A stretch of 64,000 nt of DNA, taken from IMG/VR virus record IMGVR_UViG_3300031993_000015, one strand, 5' to 3'. The position numbers and the translations under genes are program-made. This document shows positions 10,320-19,524 of the stretch, piece by piece. This DNA comes from a virus. Taxonomy: Duplodnaviria > Caudoviricetes. The notes under the pieces were generated by a model that saw only the letters and a program-made list of their open reading frames with translations, had not been told where the DNA came from and searched no databases. Position 1 is the stretch's first letter. Each line of letters starts with the position of its first letter.

Positions 10320-10848
10320 CGCAGCAGCCATCATGGCGATGCGCGAGAGCATGCAGGCCGACTACAAGCGCCAGAAGCGCATGCAGAAGACCGACGACAT
10401 CATCGAGTTCATCGCTTCGAACTGGAAGCTGTTCACCGGCAGCAGGACGCAGATGAAGCAGGCCGTTGATTCCCTGGGGCACAATGGCGTGCCCTACAGT
10501 GTTGACGGCCTGTGCGACCTGCTTGGAGTGCCCGACAACGTGTACTTCAAGCGGTCTCCTGTGAAAGATATCGGGGCAGCAATCCTTGACTTCAAGAAGA
10601 GCAAACTCATGGAACTGTTCCTGAAATGCACGGAAGCGCAGAACGGCGCCGACGTGTGCATGTTCGTTGTTGCAGGCAAGAGCTCTATATGCATCACGGA
10701 CATGCAGACGAACATGGAAGGCGGAATGATGCTGATCCATCTGAAGCCGGCCATCGAGTTCGTTCAGGACATCCACATTTTCAAGGCGGCAGAGGCTTCC
10801 GAGCGTCTGCCCAACCTTTTCAACCACACAGAGGACAATTATGTCTGA
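10309..10848 (+). CDS. hypothetical protein
   Basis: GGGAG RBS; coupled to neighbouring genes. Confidence 0.7.
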   Translation: MPNNAAAIMAMRESMQADYKRQKRMQKTDDIIEFIASNWKLFTGSRTQMKQAVDSLGHNGVPYSVDGLCDLLGVPDNVYFKRSPVKDIGAAILDFKKSKLMELFLKCTEAQNGADVCMFVVAGKSSICITDMQTNMEGGMMLIHLKPAIEFVQDIHIFKAAEASERLPNLFNHTEDNYV

Positions 10849-11875
10849 TACACAAGAAGAAATCAATCTGGCGGAAGTTGCTGCGGCTGAACAGGCCGAA
10901 GTGGCTGTCAATGAACAGCAGGAAGCTGCAACCGAGATCGGTGACAACGACGTGCTCATCACGCCGAATGTCGTGCTTCCGACCCGTGACGACATGACTA
11001 TCGCCAAGGTCATGCAGGTGCTGAAACAGAACTTTGACAATTTCTCGTTCGACGTAAATGAGGACTATGCCAAGAAGTTCAACAACCTGGATGACCTCAT
11101 CAGCTACACCGACCGGTCCTTCGGAGATATCTGCAAGGAACGGGAGAAGACCGAGTGCTTTGTCAGAAACCGTGACGGCGCCGCAATGGCCAGATTCTGG
11201 TGCACCTGCAAGGTCCTGAGTGACGTTGCGCTCAGCGGCAAGAAGTACGGCGACCAGGCAGTCAAGCAGTACGCGGCCCATAGGGGTATCTCCGACAGTT
11301 ATCTGTACCAGCAGATCAACATCGCTCGGCGCCTCGACATCGTGGATGTGTTCCTGCTCGGCACCCGTGGCATCGGTACCCTGTACCTACGCAAGCTGGC
11401 TGGTTTCAAGGATGACGTCACACGGCAGACCATCATCAACAGCTTCCTGGAGCGGTACACCGATACCGTGAACAAGAAGGATCGTGACCTGGCGAAGAAA
11501 GCCTTTATCTCGGCAATCAACGCCAGTGGCAAGAACACCAAGAACATCGACGCGGCCAATCCGATTGTCGCTCTGGCTTCCAGCGAGGACTTCGTGCCTA
11601 CGCCGGAGACCGAGGGCGTCCTGGCTGCAGTCGGTTCCGTGTCGGGCATGCTGAAGAAGCTGTCCCGGCCGGAAATCATGCACGACCTGGAGCAGTATGG
11701 CGACAACTTCTTCATGATGGACAATACGCCGGATGCCGAAAAGCAGCTGGCGAAAGTCAAGGAGAAGGCCACGGAGCTTAGAGACCTCTGCGAGAAGTCC
11801 AAGGACAACCTGGAGTTCGCTCTGCAGAAGCTCGACAGTCTCCTGGCGGTTGAGCTGCTTCCGCACGAGCAATGA
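10841..11875 (+). CDS. hypothetical protein, 344 aa, acidic N-terminus, possible HTH
   Basis: GAGGA RBS; strong codon bias; YAAHRGISDSYLYQ HTH-like segment. Confidence 0.75.
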   Translation: MSDTQEEINLAEVAAAEQAEVAVNEQQEAATEIGDNDVLITPNVVLPTRDDMTIAKVMQVLKQNFDNFSFDVNEDYAKKFNNLDDLISYTDRSFGDICKEREKTECFVRNRDGAAMARFWCTCKVLSDVALSGKKYGDQAVKQYAAHRGISDSYLYQQINIARRLDIVDVFLLGTRGIGTLYLRKLAGFKDDVTRQTIINSFLERYTDTVNKKDRDLAKKAFISAINASGKNTKNIDAANPIVALASSEDFVPTPETEGVLAAVGSVSGMLKKLSRPEIMHDLEQYGDNFFMMDNTPDAEKQLAKVKEKATELRDLCEKSKDNLEFALQKLDSLLAVELLPHEQ

Positions 11876-12648
11876 AACAGCCTTCGCTCAACTGGGTCGA
11901 TAAGCATTACGCAGTTGCGCTGAAGCATCTGCCGGAGTTTGCCGACGCCTATATGGATGATGACAAGCTCCGGCGCTTCGCTCTGCTGTTGCGCAGCGTC
12001 TGTCATACGCAGAAAGGTGTTCCCTTCAAGAACATATCTGCAGATGCGCTGTGGGAGTCCGTGGAGCACCTGAAAGGGAAGCTCATGACACCCGCATTGA
12101 TGAAGCGCAACACACTGCGTGTCATAGCCAACTGGCACTTCATCGAGGACGGCATGGAAATCCCCATGTGGGATGGGGGTTCCTGCGTTACCGACGTTGT
12201 GTTCATAGGCGTGACACGTGTGAAAACAGCGGAAGGATCGCAGCCGAAAATGCTTGTCAGGCTCAAGTTAAAGACGGGTCTGTGTGCGGGCATAATACAT
12301 GATGCCGTTTTATCGGTCAACAAGGTCGGTTACTTCCTCGACCATGTGGGCGGTGTCGGCCGCTACCACTGCAACGTGGAGGAGATATCCGGCATGCAGG
12401 CCAGGCTGACTGTGTATTATGAAGGTCACGAACTGTTCATCAGGGAGTGGCGATGCACGGATCCGCAGAAGGTTGCAAACCGAAGACTCACGGATGCCAG
12501 GACTGATGTGGCGAAATGCACACGTTCCCAGCCTTGCAATGTCTGCAGTGCGGACATCACGCAGTGCAAGCTGGCGGTCTGGCTTCCAAGAAAGGAACAT
12601 AAATGTCAGATAAACCAAAAGAAACCAAGTTCCACTTCATCCGAGTGA
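11872..12648 (+). CDS. hypothetical protein with C-terminal Cys cluster
   Basis: ATGA overlap with upstream gene; C..CxxC...C tail. Confidence 0.7.
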   Translation: MKQPSLNWVDKHYAVALKHLPEFADAYMDDDKLRRFALLLRSVCHTQKGVPFKNISADALWESVEHLKGKLMTPALMKRNTLRVIANWHFIEDGMEIPMWDGGSCVTDVVFIGVTRVKTAEGSQPKMLVRLKLKTGLCAGIIHDAVLSVNKVGYFLDHVGGVGRYHCNVEEISGMQARLTVYYEGHELFIREWRCTDPQKVANRRLTDARTDVAKCTRSQPCNVCSADITQCKLAVWLPRKEHKCQINQKKPSSTSSE

Positions 12649-13379
12649 GAGCCAACAACGAGCCGTCGTTCTATGACCAGCAGGCGGATATCCGGTGCAT
12701 CCTGCCGGTGCTCGGCAAGCTGGTATGCGACGACCTGGAGGCTGTTCACAAAGGTGATAGCCAGTGGCATAACGATATCAGCTATCTGCGGAACTGTCTG
12801 GATGTTTTTGCGATTCGTATTGACGAGGACAACACGCCTCTGGTCGAGCAGATGCAGGAGTTCATTCAGGCGATCAGCAAGGTCAATCCGCAGGTATTCG
12901 CGCAGTTCTCGTCCGGCGTGTTCATCATGATGTCCGTCGTGTACGGAGCCATGCAGCGCCGTGATGTGAAGATCGACGGCAAGGACCAGCGCAAGATGCT
13001 GTCAGTGGCGACACTGCTGGATGTCATGCGGTTCCTGCCGAAGAACCTGGTCGGCCAGATCTTCGACACGCTGGAGGAAACCGGAGACCTGCTGCACGAA
13101 GCAGTGGTGTCCGTTACCAATGCCAGTGTGGTTGATATGGTCCGTGACGGAGACGTCGTGGGAACCTTTGATCGGCTCAAGGAGCATGCAGCCATGTTCA
13201 TCAATGCGGAAGGCGACACGTCCTGGAACGGGCTTGCGAATGCCTGTGAAGAGATGTTCAATGCCATACCGCCAGATGCAAACCTGCACGACAAGGTAGC
13301 GCTTGCTCTCGCCTATCCGACCTATAAACTTCCAACCCAGTGTGAGATGCCTGCTGATGACGCTGAGAGACAAGATTGA
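12603..13379 (+). CDS. hypothetical protein, 258 aa
   Basis: AAGGA RBS; codon usage. Confidence 0.7.
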   Translation: MSDKPKETKFHFIRVRANNEPSFYDQQADIRCILPVLGKLVCDDLEAVHKGDSQWHNDISYLRNCLDVFAIRIDEDNTPLVEQMQEFIQAISKVNPQVFAQFSSGVFIMMSVVYGAMQRRDVKIDGKDQRKMLSVATLLDVMRFLPKNLVGQIFDTLEETGDLLHEAVVSVTNASVVDMVRDGDVVGTFDRLKEHAAMFINAEGDTSWNGLANACEEMFNAIPPDANLHDKVALALAYPTYKLPTQCEMPADDAERQD

Positions 13380-14115
13380 GCGCCTGCACAAGATAGGAGA
13401 TCTGGTGCTGTTCCGGTGGATGACCGGCAAGCACCGTGTGGCGCAGTCTTATGTCATGCTCTCCATGCTGCGGTTCGAGGTGCTGATCTGTACGAAAGAC
13501 CATATATGGTTCAGCAGTTCGGCGCCTTGCCTGTATCTTGACAGGGGCAGACCGCGTATCGTCATGAAGGACAGAGACGTCCTGACCATTTCCAGTGGAC
13601 TGCGTCAGGGCATGACCATCATTCCGTCTATGCTGAAGGCTGAGGAAACAGCGACCGAGACGCGCCATTGTCGTTGCATTGAAGTCGATGAGACGCACTG
13701 CCCGAAGTGGCTGCAGACCAAGGTCCTGGCTATCGGTAACGCTCCGGTGTATCCGTTGTCGCACATCGTGATGCCGGAGCTGTTCCGCATCAGCAAGAAC
13801 CCGATGTCGCTCCGTCCGTTCTTCAGCAAGGAGATGATGGAGGACATAGGTTCGGTGCCAGGTGACTCGGTACAGGACATGCTGGACAAATTCCACTCCA
13901 AGTTGAAAATGTTCGGCACGTTCACGGATGACGGTTACATCATCAGCAATGACCTGATTGCCACAGGCGGCGCATGCGTCGCACAGGCGAAGGGTCTTGG
14001 CATCAACGGCTCGATGGTACATCAGGTGACTTTGAACCAGTTCCGACAGGACATGCTGTCCCGTCACTGGAAGGTAGGTCCGGATCATCTGATGAAACCG
14101 AAAGGAACACTATGA
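13357..14115 (+). CDS. hypothetical protein
   Basis: Overlapping operon-style junctions; codon usage. Confidence 0.65.
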   Translation: MTLRDKIERLHKIGDLVLFRWMTGKHRVAQSYVMLSMLRFEVLICTKDHIWFSSSAPCLYLDRGRPRIVMKDRDVLTISSGLRQGMTIIPSMLKAEETATETRHCRCIEVDETHCPKWLQTKVLAIGNAPVYPLSHIVMPELFRISKNPMSLRPFFSKEMMEDIGSVPGDSVQDMLDKFHSKLKMFGTFTDDGYIISNDLIATGGACVAQAKGLGINGSMVHQVTLNQFRQDMLSRHWKVGPDHLMKPKGTL

Positions 14116-14735
14116 CAGAGTGGTTCAATACATTGCGCATGCTTACAGCATCAGGAGATGTCATGCTGCTCTGCACGGCGACCACAGGACTGCGCAAGTC
14201 TGATCAGGTTCTGGCGATTGCGTACACCAAGTACGACCAGGATGAGCAGACTGAGACGAATACGCTGTTCCGTATGGTCAGTACGGACGCACTGCAGTCG
14301 GCCGCCGAGTATCATCGCATCACCAAGGATGTGATGCTGGCGAACGCACAATCGGACGACGCCATCAAAAAGACTCTGACGGAAGCCATGCGGGGCTGCA
14401 CGATCTTCACCTACAGCGTTCCGTTCCAGCGTAAGGCGCTTACGGAGATGTCCGGCGGGTTCATCGACATCATCAGTCCGATGTGTGATCTACCACTGTG
14501 GCTTAAAGCAGGACAGTCGAGGATGCCGTTCGCGGTGGATCTCCCGATTGATGTTGCAGACAAGCAGATTGCGAGAAAGCTGACGGCTTTCCCGTGGAAG
14601 ACTTGCCTGAACATGTACAACATTGTTACGGAGGCGCCGGCGGGTATCCTGCCGGTGACATACAACGTGATGGCTCTCAGTCGGCTTTATCAGCAGCTGT
14701 GGGAGCAGCCACCAGAGATCTTGCTGGCTGATTGA
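14112..14735 (+). CDS. DnaQ/DEDDh exonuclease-like protein with degenerate catalytic motifs
   Basis: LLCTATTGL...DQVLAIA resembles ExoI; YHRITKDVM; YSVPFQ at the ExoII position. Confidence 0.5.
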   Translation: MTEWFNTLRMLTASGDVMLLCTATTGLRKSDQVLAIAYTKYDQDEQTETNTLFRMVSTDALQSAAEYHRITKDVMLANAQSDDAIKKTLTEAMRGCTIFTYSVPFQRKALTEMSGGFIDIISPMCDLPLWLKAGQSRMPFAVDLPIDVADKQIARKLTAFPWKTCLNMYNIVTEAPAGILPVTYNVMALSRLYQQLWEQPPEILLAD

Positions 14736-15228
14736 CACCGGTCTTGTCGCCGGTGATCGCTGCCAGCATAAGAGAACCCCTGTTGACCGTCGTGATCACA
14801 GGGGTGTTCTTTGCGTTCATGGAGACAACCGTCGTCGGACTGTTCCAGGAGGACAGGAAGTTGATAGCGTTGTTCTTCACGAATAAAATGACATGACCGT
14901 TTGGTCCGCATGGGTCAACAACGGCAGCCTGGATGCTGTCAGTAGCAAGACGCCATTTGTTCGGATCGACGGCCAGCAAGACACCGGCCTTTGACAGGGT
15001 CGATTTGCCAGTTACCTCATGGACAAAGGACAGACTGTAGCCGGCGATTCTCCTGAAGTCGATGACGCCTTTCTGGGCGCACTTCGCGACAACAGGGAGA
15101 GTCTGCAGCACAGCCTGTTTGATTTTCGTAACGGACGGTTCCACGGTGACAACCGACTCAAAATCGGAAACTGTGATGCCGTCTGTTATCTTGCTCCCGT
15201 AGAGGGAGTAACACTTCAACGCTTCCAT
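14677..15228 (-). CDS. hypothetical protein, 183 aa, divergent from the RT gene
   Basis: Only long ORF in this interval; genome-typical codon usage on the - strand. Confidence 0.7.
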   Translation of the reverse strand: MEALKCYSLYGSKITDGITVSDFESVVTVEPSVTKIKQAVLQTLPVVAKCAQKGVIDFRRIAGYSLSFVHEVTGKSTLSKAGVLLAVDPNKWRLATDSIQAAVVDPCGPNGHVILFVKNNAINFLSSWNSPTTVVSMNAKNTPVITTVNRGSLMLAAITGDKTGVNQPARSLVAAPTAADKAD

Positions 15229-15239
15229 AAGGACCTGAT

Positions 15240-16250
15240 ATGTTTAAGTTTGGCGAACCCCCGCCGCTTGATTGGCACGAGTGCCGTATACCCAAGAAGA
15301 GTGGTGGCGTAAGACTTCTGGAGATACCGTCCAAGGAACTCCGGCAAGAACAACGCCGTATCCTACAATACTGCTACGTGTTGCGTGATGCAGGTCTTCT
15401 TCAGGTATCCAATGTGGCGCATGGGTTCTTACCCTATCGCGGCGTTCATACCGCGATTCTGAAACACTCGTTGGAAAGCCCTGTGTTCATCTGCCTGGAT
15501 GTAAAGGACTTCTTTCCGAACTGTCCGGTGGATGTATGCGAGGACAAGATGCGTTACGCAGGACTGTCCAGAGCATGCGTGGAATACATGATGAAATGCT
15601 GTACGTGGCAGGGACCAACCTACACGCAACGGCACTTTCCTCAAGGCTCTCCGACGAGTCCGTTCCTGACAAATATCATTATGTTCGACGTGGACTGCAT
15701 GATTGCAAGCTACGCCAGGAAGAACGGGTTTCTGTACACCAGGTATGCGGACGACATCCAGTTGTCGCTGCTGCCGGGTATGCAGAACACCGACAGATTC
15801 CATGAGTTGACACGCTGTAAGGACTATCCGTTCGTGGATATCTTCTATGGCATCGAGGCAATTCTGAAGGATCACCTGGGACTGGAGCTGAAACACACCA
15901 AGGACCACGTCATCTGGCGCTGGAGCCGATGCAAACCGCAGATGCTTGGCATTGTGCTCAGGGACGACAACAAAGGCTACAACGCACCGAAGCGCCGGCG
16001 CCGGAATGTCCGTGCCGCGCTGCATAACCTTGCCTGGAAAGTCAAGGAGAACGGTGATGTTGCGTACGAAGAGGACATTCAACAGTGGGCTTCCATCAAG
16101 GGAAGCATCGACAACATGGATTGGATCCGGTCGTTCAGCCCCGACTACAATGCGTCGAGCGCGGACCCCATTATCCAGACCAAGTTCTACAACTATCTCA
16201 GTGAGGTAATTGATGGAGAAACTTTACAACCAGCTGTGCCAGACTGCTGA
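15240..16250 (+). CDS. reverse transcriptase, retron-like
   Basis: IPKKSGGVRLLEIP, AHGF, LDVKDFFP, PQGSPTSPFLTN, YTRYADD, TAILKH (region X-like), MLG (region Y VTG-like). Confidence 0.92.
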   Translation: MFKFGEPPPLDWHECRIPKKSGGVRLLEIPSKELRQEQRRILQYCYVLRDAGLLQVSNVAHGFLPYRGVHTAILKHSLESPVFICLDVKDFFPNCPVDVCEDKMRYAGLSRACVEYMMKCCTWQGPTYTQRHFPQGSPTSPFLTNIIMFDVDCMIASYARKNGFLYTRYADDIQLSLLPGMQNTDRFHELTRCKDYPFVDIFYGIEAILKDHLGLELKHTKDHVIWRWSRCKPQMLGIVLRDDNKGYNAPKRRRRNVRAALHNLAWKVKENGDVAYEEDIQQWASIKGSIDNMDWIRSFSPDYNASSADPIIQTKFYNYLSEVIDGETLQPAVPDC

Positions 16251-18324
16251 AAAAGCCGCCAAGGCATACTACGAAGCTGACAAGCCCATCATGTCCGACG
16301 CCGAGTACGACGGCATCCTCCGGCAGATGGAACAGATCGAAAAGGAGCACCCGGAGCTGAAACGCCCTGACAGCCTGACTTCCAGAGTCGGCGGCCGGGC
16401 AGTTGAAGGCTTCCGTAAGGTACACCACGCGGACTCCAAGGTGCTGTCACTCAAGAACGCCTACAACCAGGAAGACCTGGATGCGTTCTGCGACGGTATC
16501 GACAAGGCGTGGGAGGAGTATTATTACGGACAGGTGCATGGTCGCACAGTCCGGCAGGCGCCTTCCATGAAGTACCTGGTGCAGCCGAAATATGACGGGC
16601 TCACGCTTCTGTGCCATTATGTGGACGGCATCCTTGTGCAGGCTCTAACCAGAGGCGACGGACTTGTCGGCGAGGACGTCACGGCGAATGCCCGCACCAT
16701 TCTGGATCTGCCCCAGCTGCTGACGGACGAGCGTGTCATTGGCAAGAGCTTCTGGGCTCGTGGTGAGGTGCTCATGTTCCGTGAGGACTTCGAGCGCATC
16801 AATCGTGAATTGGAGATAGACGGTCAGCCTCCGATGGCGAACGAGCGCAACGCGGCAGCCGGATCGCTCAGGCAGAAGGACCCGAAGGTCACTGCCAAGC
16901 GCGGGTTGCACATTGTGTTCTACGACATCCACGGCATGAATCCGTTCTTCGACTATATCGAGACGGAAGAGGACGTGACGTTCTTCCTGAAGTCCATCGG
17001 GTTGCCCAGTGTATGGGACCATCAGTTCGTCGTGGAACGGCATAAGACCGGCATGACCATCAAGGAAGCCATCATGCAGCCGTACACCGGCTATAAGATC
17101 AAGGACCTTGGCGACAGCATCACTGCGCTCAACATGGCGGTCGGCTACTTCAGTGCCAACAGGAACGCTCTTGAGTTCCGCATCGACGGCGCTGTGGTAA
17201 AAGCCAATGACCTGGGTCTCGATCTGCATGTGCTTGGCGATGCGGAAAAGTACCCGCGCTGGGCAATCGCCTATAAGTTCGAGCAGCAGGAATATCCGAC
17301 GACGCTGCGCAAGGTCGAATGGTGGGTCGGCAGAACCGGCAAGGTCACGCCTGTGGCGTTCTTCGAACCGGTGCAGATCGACGGCACCAAGGTTGCGTTC
17401 GCTACGCTGAACAACCCGGACTACATCGCAGGGCTCGGCGGACTACACGACGGCGACGTCATCAGTGTGTACAAAGCTGCGGAGATCATACCGCAGGTGT
17501 CTGCCGTGATTACGCCGAACATGAGCAACAGACCATTCGAGACGCCTGTGCTGTGTCCGTCCTGCGGTGTCAGGCTGGAACGCAGGGGTGCCAACATGTT
17601 CTGTCCGAACCAGCTCTGCAAGCAGCGCGTTGTCGCCCAGATGTCGTACTTCGCATCCAAGCCCTGTATGGACATAAACGGCGTTGGTCCGCGTCTGCTG
17701 GAGGAACTGGTCAGCCGGAACATCATCAGCAAGACCAGCGATCTGTATCTGCTCAGGACGACGGATCTGATGAAGATCCCACGCATCAAGGAGAAGTCTG
17801 CCCAGAACATCGTGGACAGCATCCAGGAATCCAAGAACAGACCGTTCGACAGAGTACTCTGCAGTCTTGGGCTGACTGGAGCCGGTTCTGTTATGTGCCG
17901 TGAACTTGTCAAGCGCTACAAGGACATCAACAAATTGTTGGATGCAACCGTAGATGACCTGGCGACCGTTAAAGGCATGGGCAAGAAATCTGCGAAGGAT
18001 CTCTGGGACGACCTGCACGATGATTCTATCATGCAGGAGATGGACCAGCTGATGCTGGCCGGTGTCCGCATGGTGGCTGATGAGGAACAGACTGCTACAG
18101 GTGCGCTGGAGGGCAAGGTGATCTGCATTACCGGAACGCTCATCAAACCGCGTACATGGTACAAGGACTTCGTACTGTCGAAAGGCGGTGCGTTCTCCGA
18201 GTCCCTGACGAAGTCTGTAACGCATCTGGTCGCCGGTGACGGCGGCGGCTCCAAGCGCAGTAAAGCTGCGAAGCTCGGAGTACCGGTCATCACAGAACAG
18301 CAGCTTATGGAGATGGCACAATGA
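16213..18324 (+). CDS. ligA: NAD-dependent DNA ligase
   Basis: YY..D..SDAEYD, KYDG adenylation motif, TRGDG.GEDVT, RNAAAGSLRQ, DGAVVK, GRTG, CPSC zinc finger, HhH, C-terminal BRCT. Confidence 0.96.
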   Translation: MEKLYNQLCQTAEKAAKAYYEADKPIMSDAEYDGILRQMEQIEKEHPELKRPDSLTSRVGGRAVEGFRKVHHADSKVLSLKNAYNQEDLDAFCDGIDKAWEEYYYGQVHGRTVRQAPSMKYLVQPKYDGLTLLCHYVDGILVQALTRGDGLVGEDVTANARTILDLPQLLTDERVIGKSFWARGEVLMFREDFERINRELEIDGQPPMANERNAAAGSLRQKDPKVTAKRGLHIVFYDIHGMNPFFDYIETEEDVTFFLKSIGLPSVWDHQFVVERHKTGMTIKEAIMQPYTGYKIKDLGDSITALNMAVGYFSANRNALEFRIDGAVVKANDLGLDLHVLGDAEKYPRWAIAYKFEQQEYPTTLRKVEWWVGRTGKVTPVAFFEPVQIDGTKVAFATLNNPDYIAGLGGLHDGDVISVYKAAEIIPQVSAVITPNMSNRPFETPVLCPSCGVRLERRGANMFCPNQLCKQRVVAQMSYFASKPCMDINGVGPRLLEELVSRNIISKTSDLYLLRTTDLMKIPRIKEKSAQNIVDSIQESKNRPFDRVLCSLGLTGAGSVMCRELVKRYKDINKLLDATVDDLATVKGMGKKSAKDLWDDLHDDSIMQEMDQLMLAGVRMVADEEQTATGALEGKVICITGTLIKPRTWYKDFVLSKGGAFSESLTKSVTHLVAGDGGGSKRSKAAKLGVPVITEQQLMEMAQ

Positions 18325-19271
18325 CAGAACCAGACATCATGGATATCGACACCGATACTCCGTCCTGCGACAGTTTCTTCATCGACCGTGACAATGACAT
18401 GTTCCACATGCACGGCGGCGTCGTCACACGGGTGCTCTTCGAGAATGTTGAGGAGATGTCCATCGAGGCGCTGCGCAAGGAACTGGACACACCGCTCAGG
18501 GATGACCAGATCATGACTGTACGCAGTGCCAGCGGCAGGTACTTCCTGATGTTGCGCGGAGACAAGGTGATCAAGTATAATGGGTGCAGGTTCCAGGACT
18601 GTCTGTGCGACCAGATGCAGAAGTATCTGACGTCGAACACAGGTATCACCTACACACCCATGAGTCAGTATCCGCTTGTTCATGCTCACATCAAAGGCAC
18701 AGAGAAGCACATCACGGTGCGTGTACCGAAGCACAAGATCGTGTTCAAGGGCGACATGTATCTCGGTAACATCGAGGACGAAATCACGCTGCCTGACCTG
18801 TGGTTCTGCGCCAAGCTGAGCCTGCAGAACAGCGTGATGGATGCTCATGTGGCTATCGAGGCTGAACAGTCCACGGACCCGAAGGAGTGCAAGCTCCGCA
18901 TCCTGAGCTTCCCGAACACGTACAGCGACGGGGCTATCTGCTACGGCGGAACCAGAACCAATACGCAGTACGACACGATGACGGAAGGCATGGCGGTCGC
19001 CGGCGCGATATCCCGTCTCTTCAACAGTATCTGGAATAATCATGTGCTGAGTGCGCATGACACGTTCCTGAATAGCTGTCGCCCCATCTACGAACAGTTG
19101 CCATTGCTGGACAAGTACGAGGCGGCCATCAAGAAGTGCTCCGCGCACTCTTATGCCAGTTCCTTCCTGCGGTATCTGAGGATTCTTCATGAGCCTGACG
19201 GATACATGCGGGTGGAGCAACCGTACATGAACCAGCAGTCGGTGCTGAACGTTTACTTGTCGGGGCTGTGA
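18321..19271 (+). CDS. prokaryotic E2-like protein (Prok-E2 family D / PRTRC protein B-like)
   Basis: SFPNTYSDGAICYG with putative catalytic Cys, followed by LFNSIWN; context with JAB, ThiF and Ubl genes. Confidence 0.72.
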   Translation: MTEPDIMDIDTDTPSCDSFFIDRDNDMFHMHGGVVTRVLFENVEEMSIEALRKELDTPLRDDQIMTVRSASGRYFLMLRGDKVIKYNGCRFQDCLCDQMQKYLTSNTGITYTPMSQYPLVHAHIKGTEKHITVRVPKHKIVFKGDMYLGNIEDEITLPDLWFCAKLSLQNSVMDAHVAIEAEQSTDPKECKLRILSFPNTYSDGAICYGGTRTNTQYDTMTEGMAVAGAISRLFNSIWNNHVLSAHDTFLNSCRPIYEQLPLLDKYEAAIKKCSAHSYASSFLRYLRILHEPDGYMRVEQPYMNQQSVLNVYLSGL

Positions 19272-19272
19272 G

Positions 19273-19524
19273 ATGAGACACGACTTCCGCAACAAGTCAC
19301 CGAAGGAAAGACACTTAACCGAACGACGCATCATCCAGTATGCTCAGCCGACGTATGTCTGGCATGGTACAGAAGATGAGATGAAGTTCAGGGCCGTGTT
19401 CTTTGCCTGTCATGAGGCCGCTAAGCTGCTGTGTGTACAGCATGCGGCCGACGAGCTTTTGCAGCATGCTCCTACGCCGAAGCATCCTGAGCTCGTTCGC
19501 AAGATCACACAAGAAGAGCAATAA
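19273..19524 (+). CDS. small hypothetical protein within the Ubl cassette
   Basis: Abuts both neighbours. Confidence 0.6.
   Translation: MRHDFRNKSPKERHLTERRIIQYAQPTYVWHGTEDEMKFRAVFFACHEAAKLLCVQHAADELLQHAPTPKHPELVRKITQEEQ

Noticed and set aside
15240-16250. RT as part of a diversity-generating retroelement or group II intron
   Set aside because: Motifs are retron-like; there is no maturase domain or intron RNA space, and no TR/VR pair differing at adenines was noticed in the window
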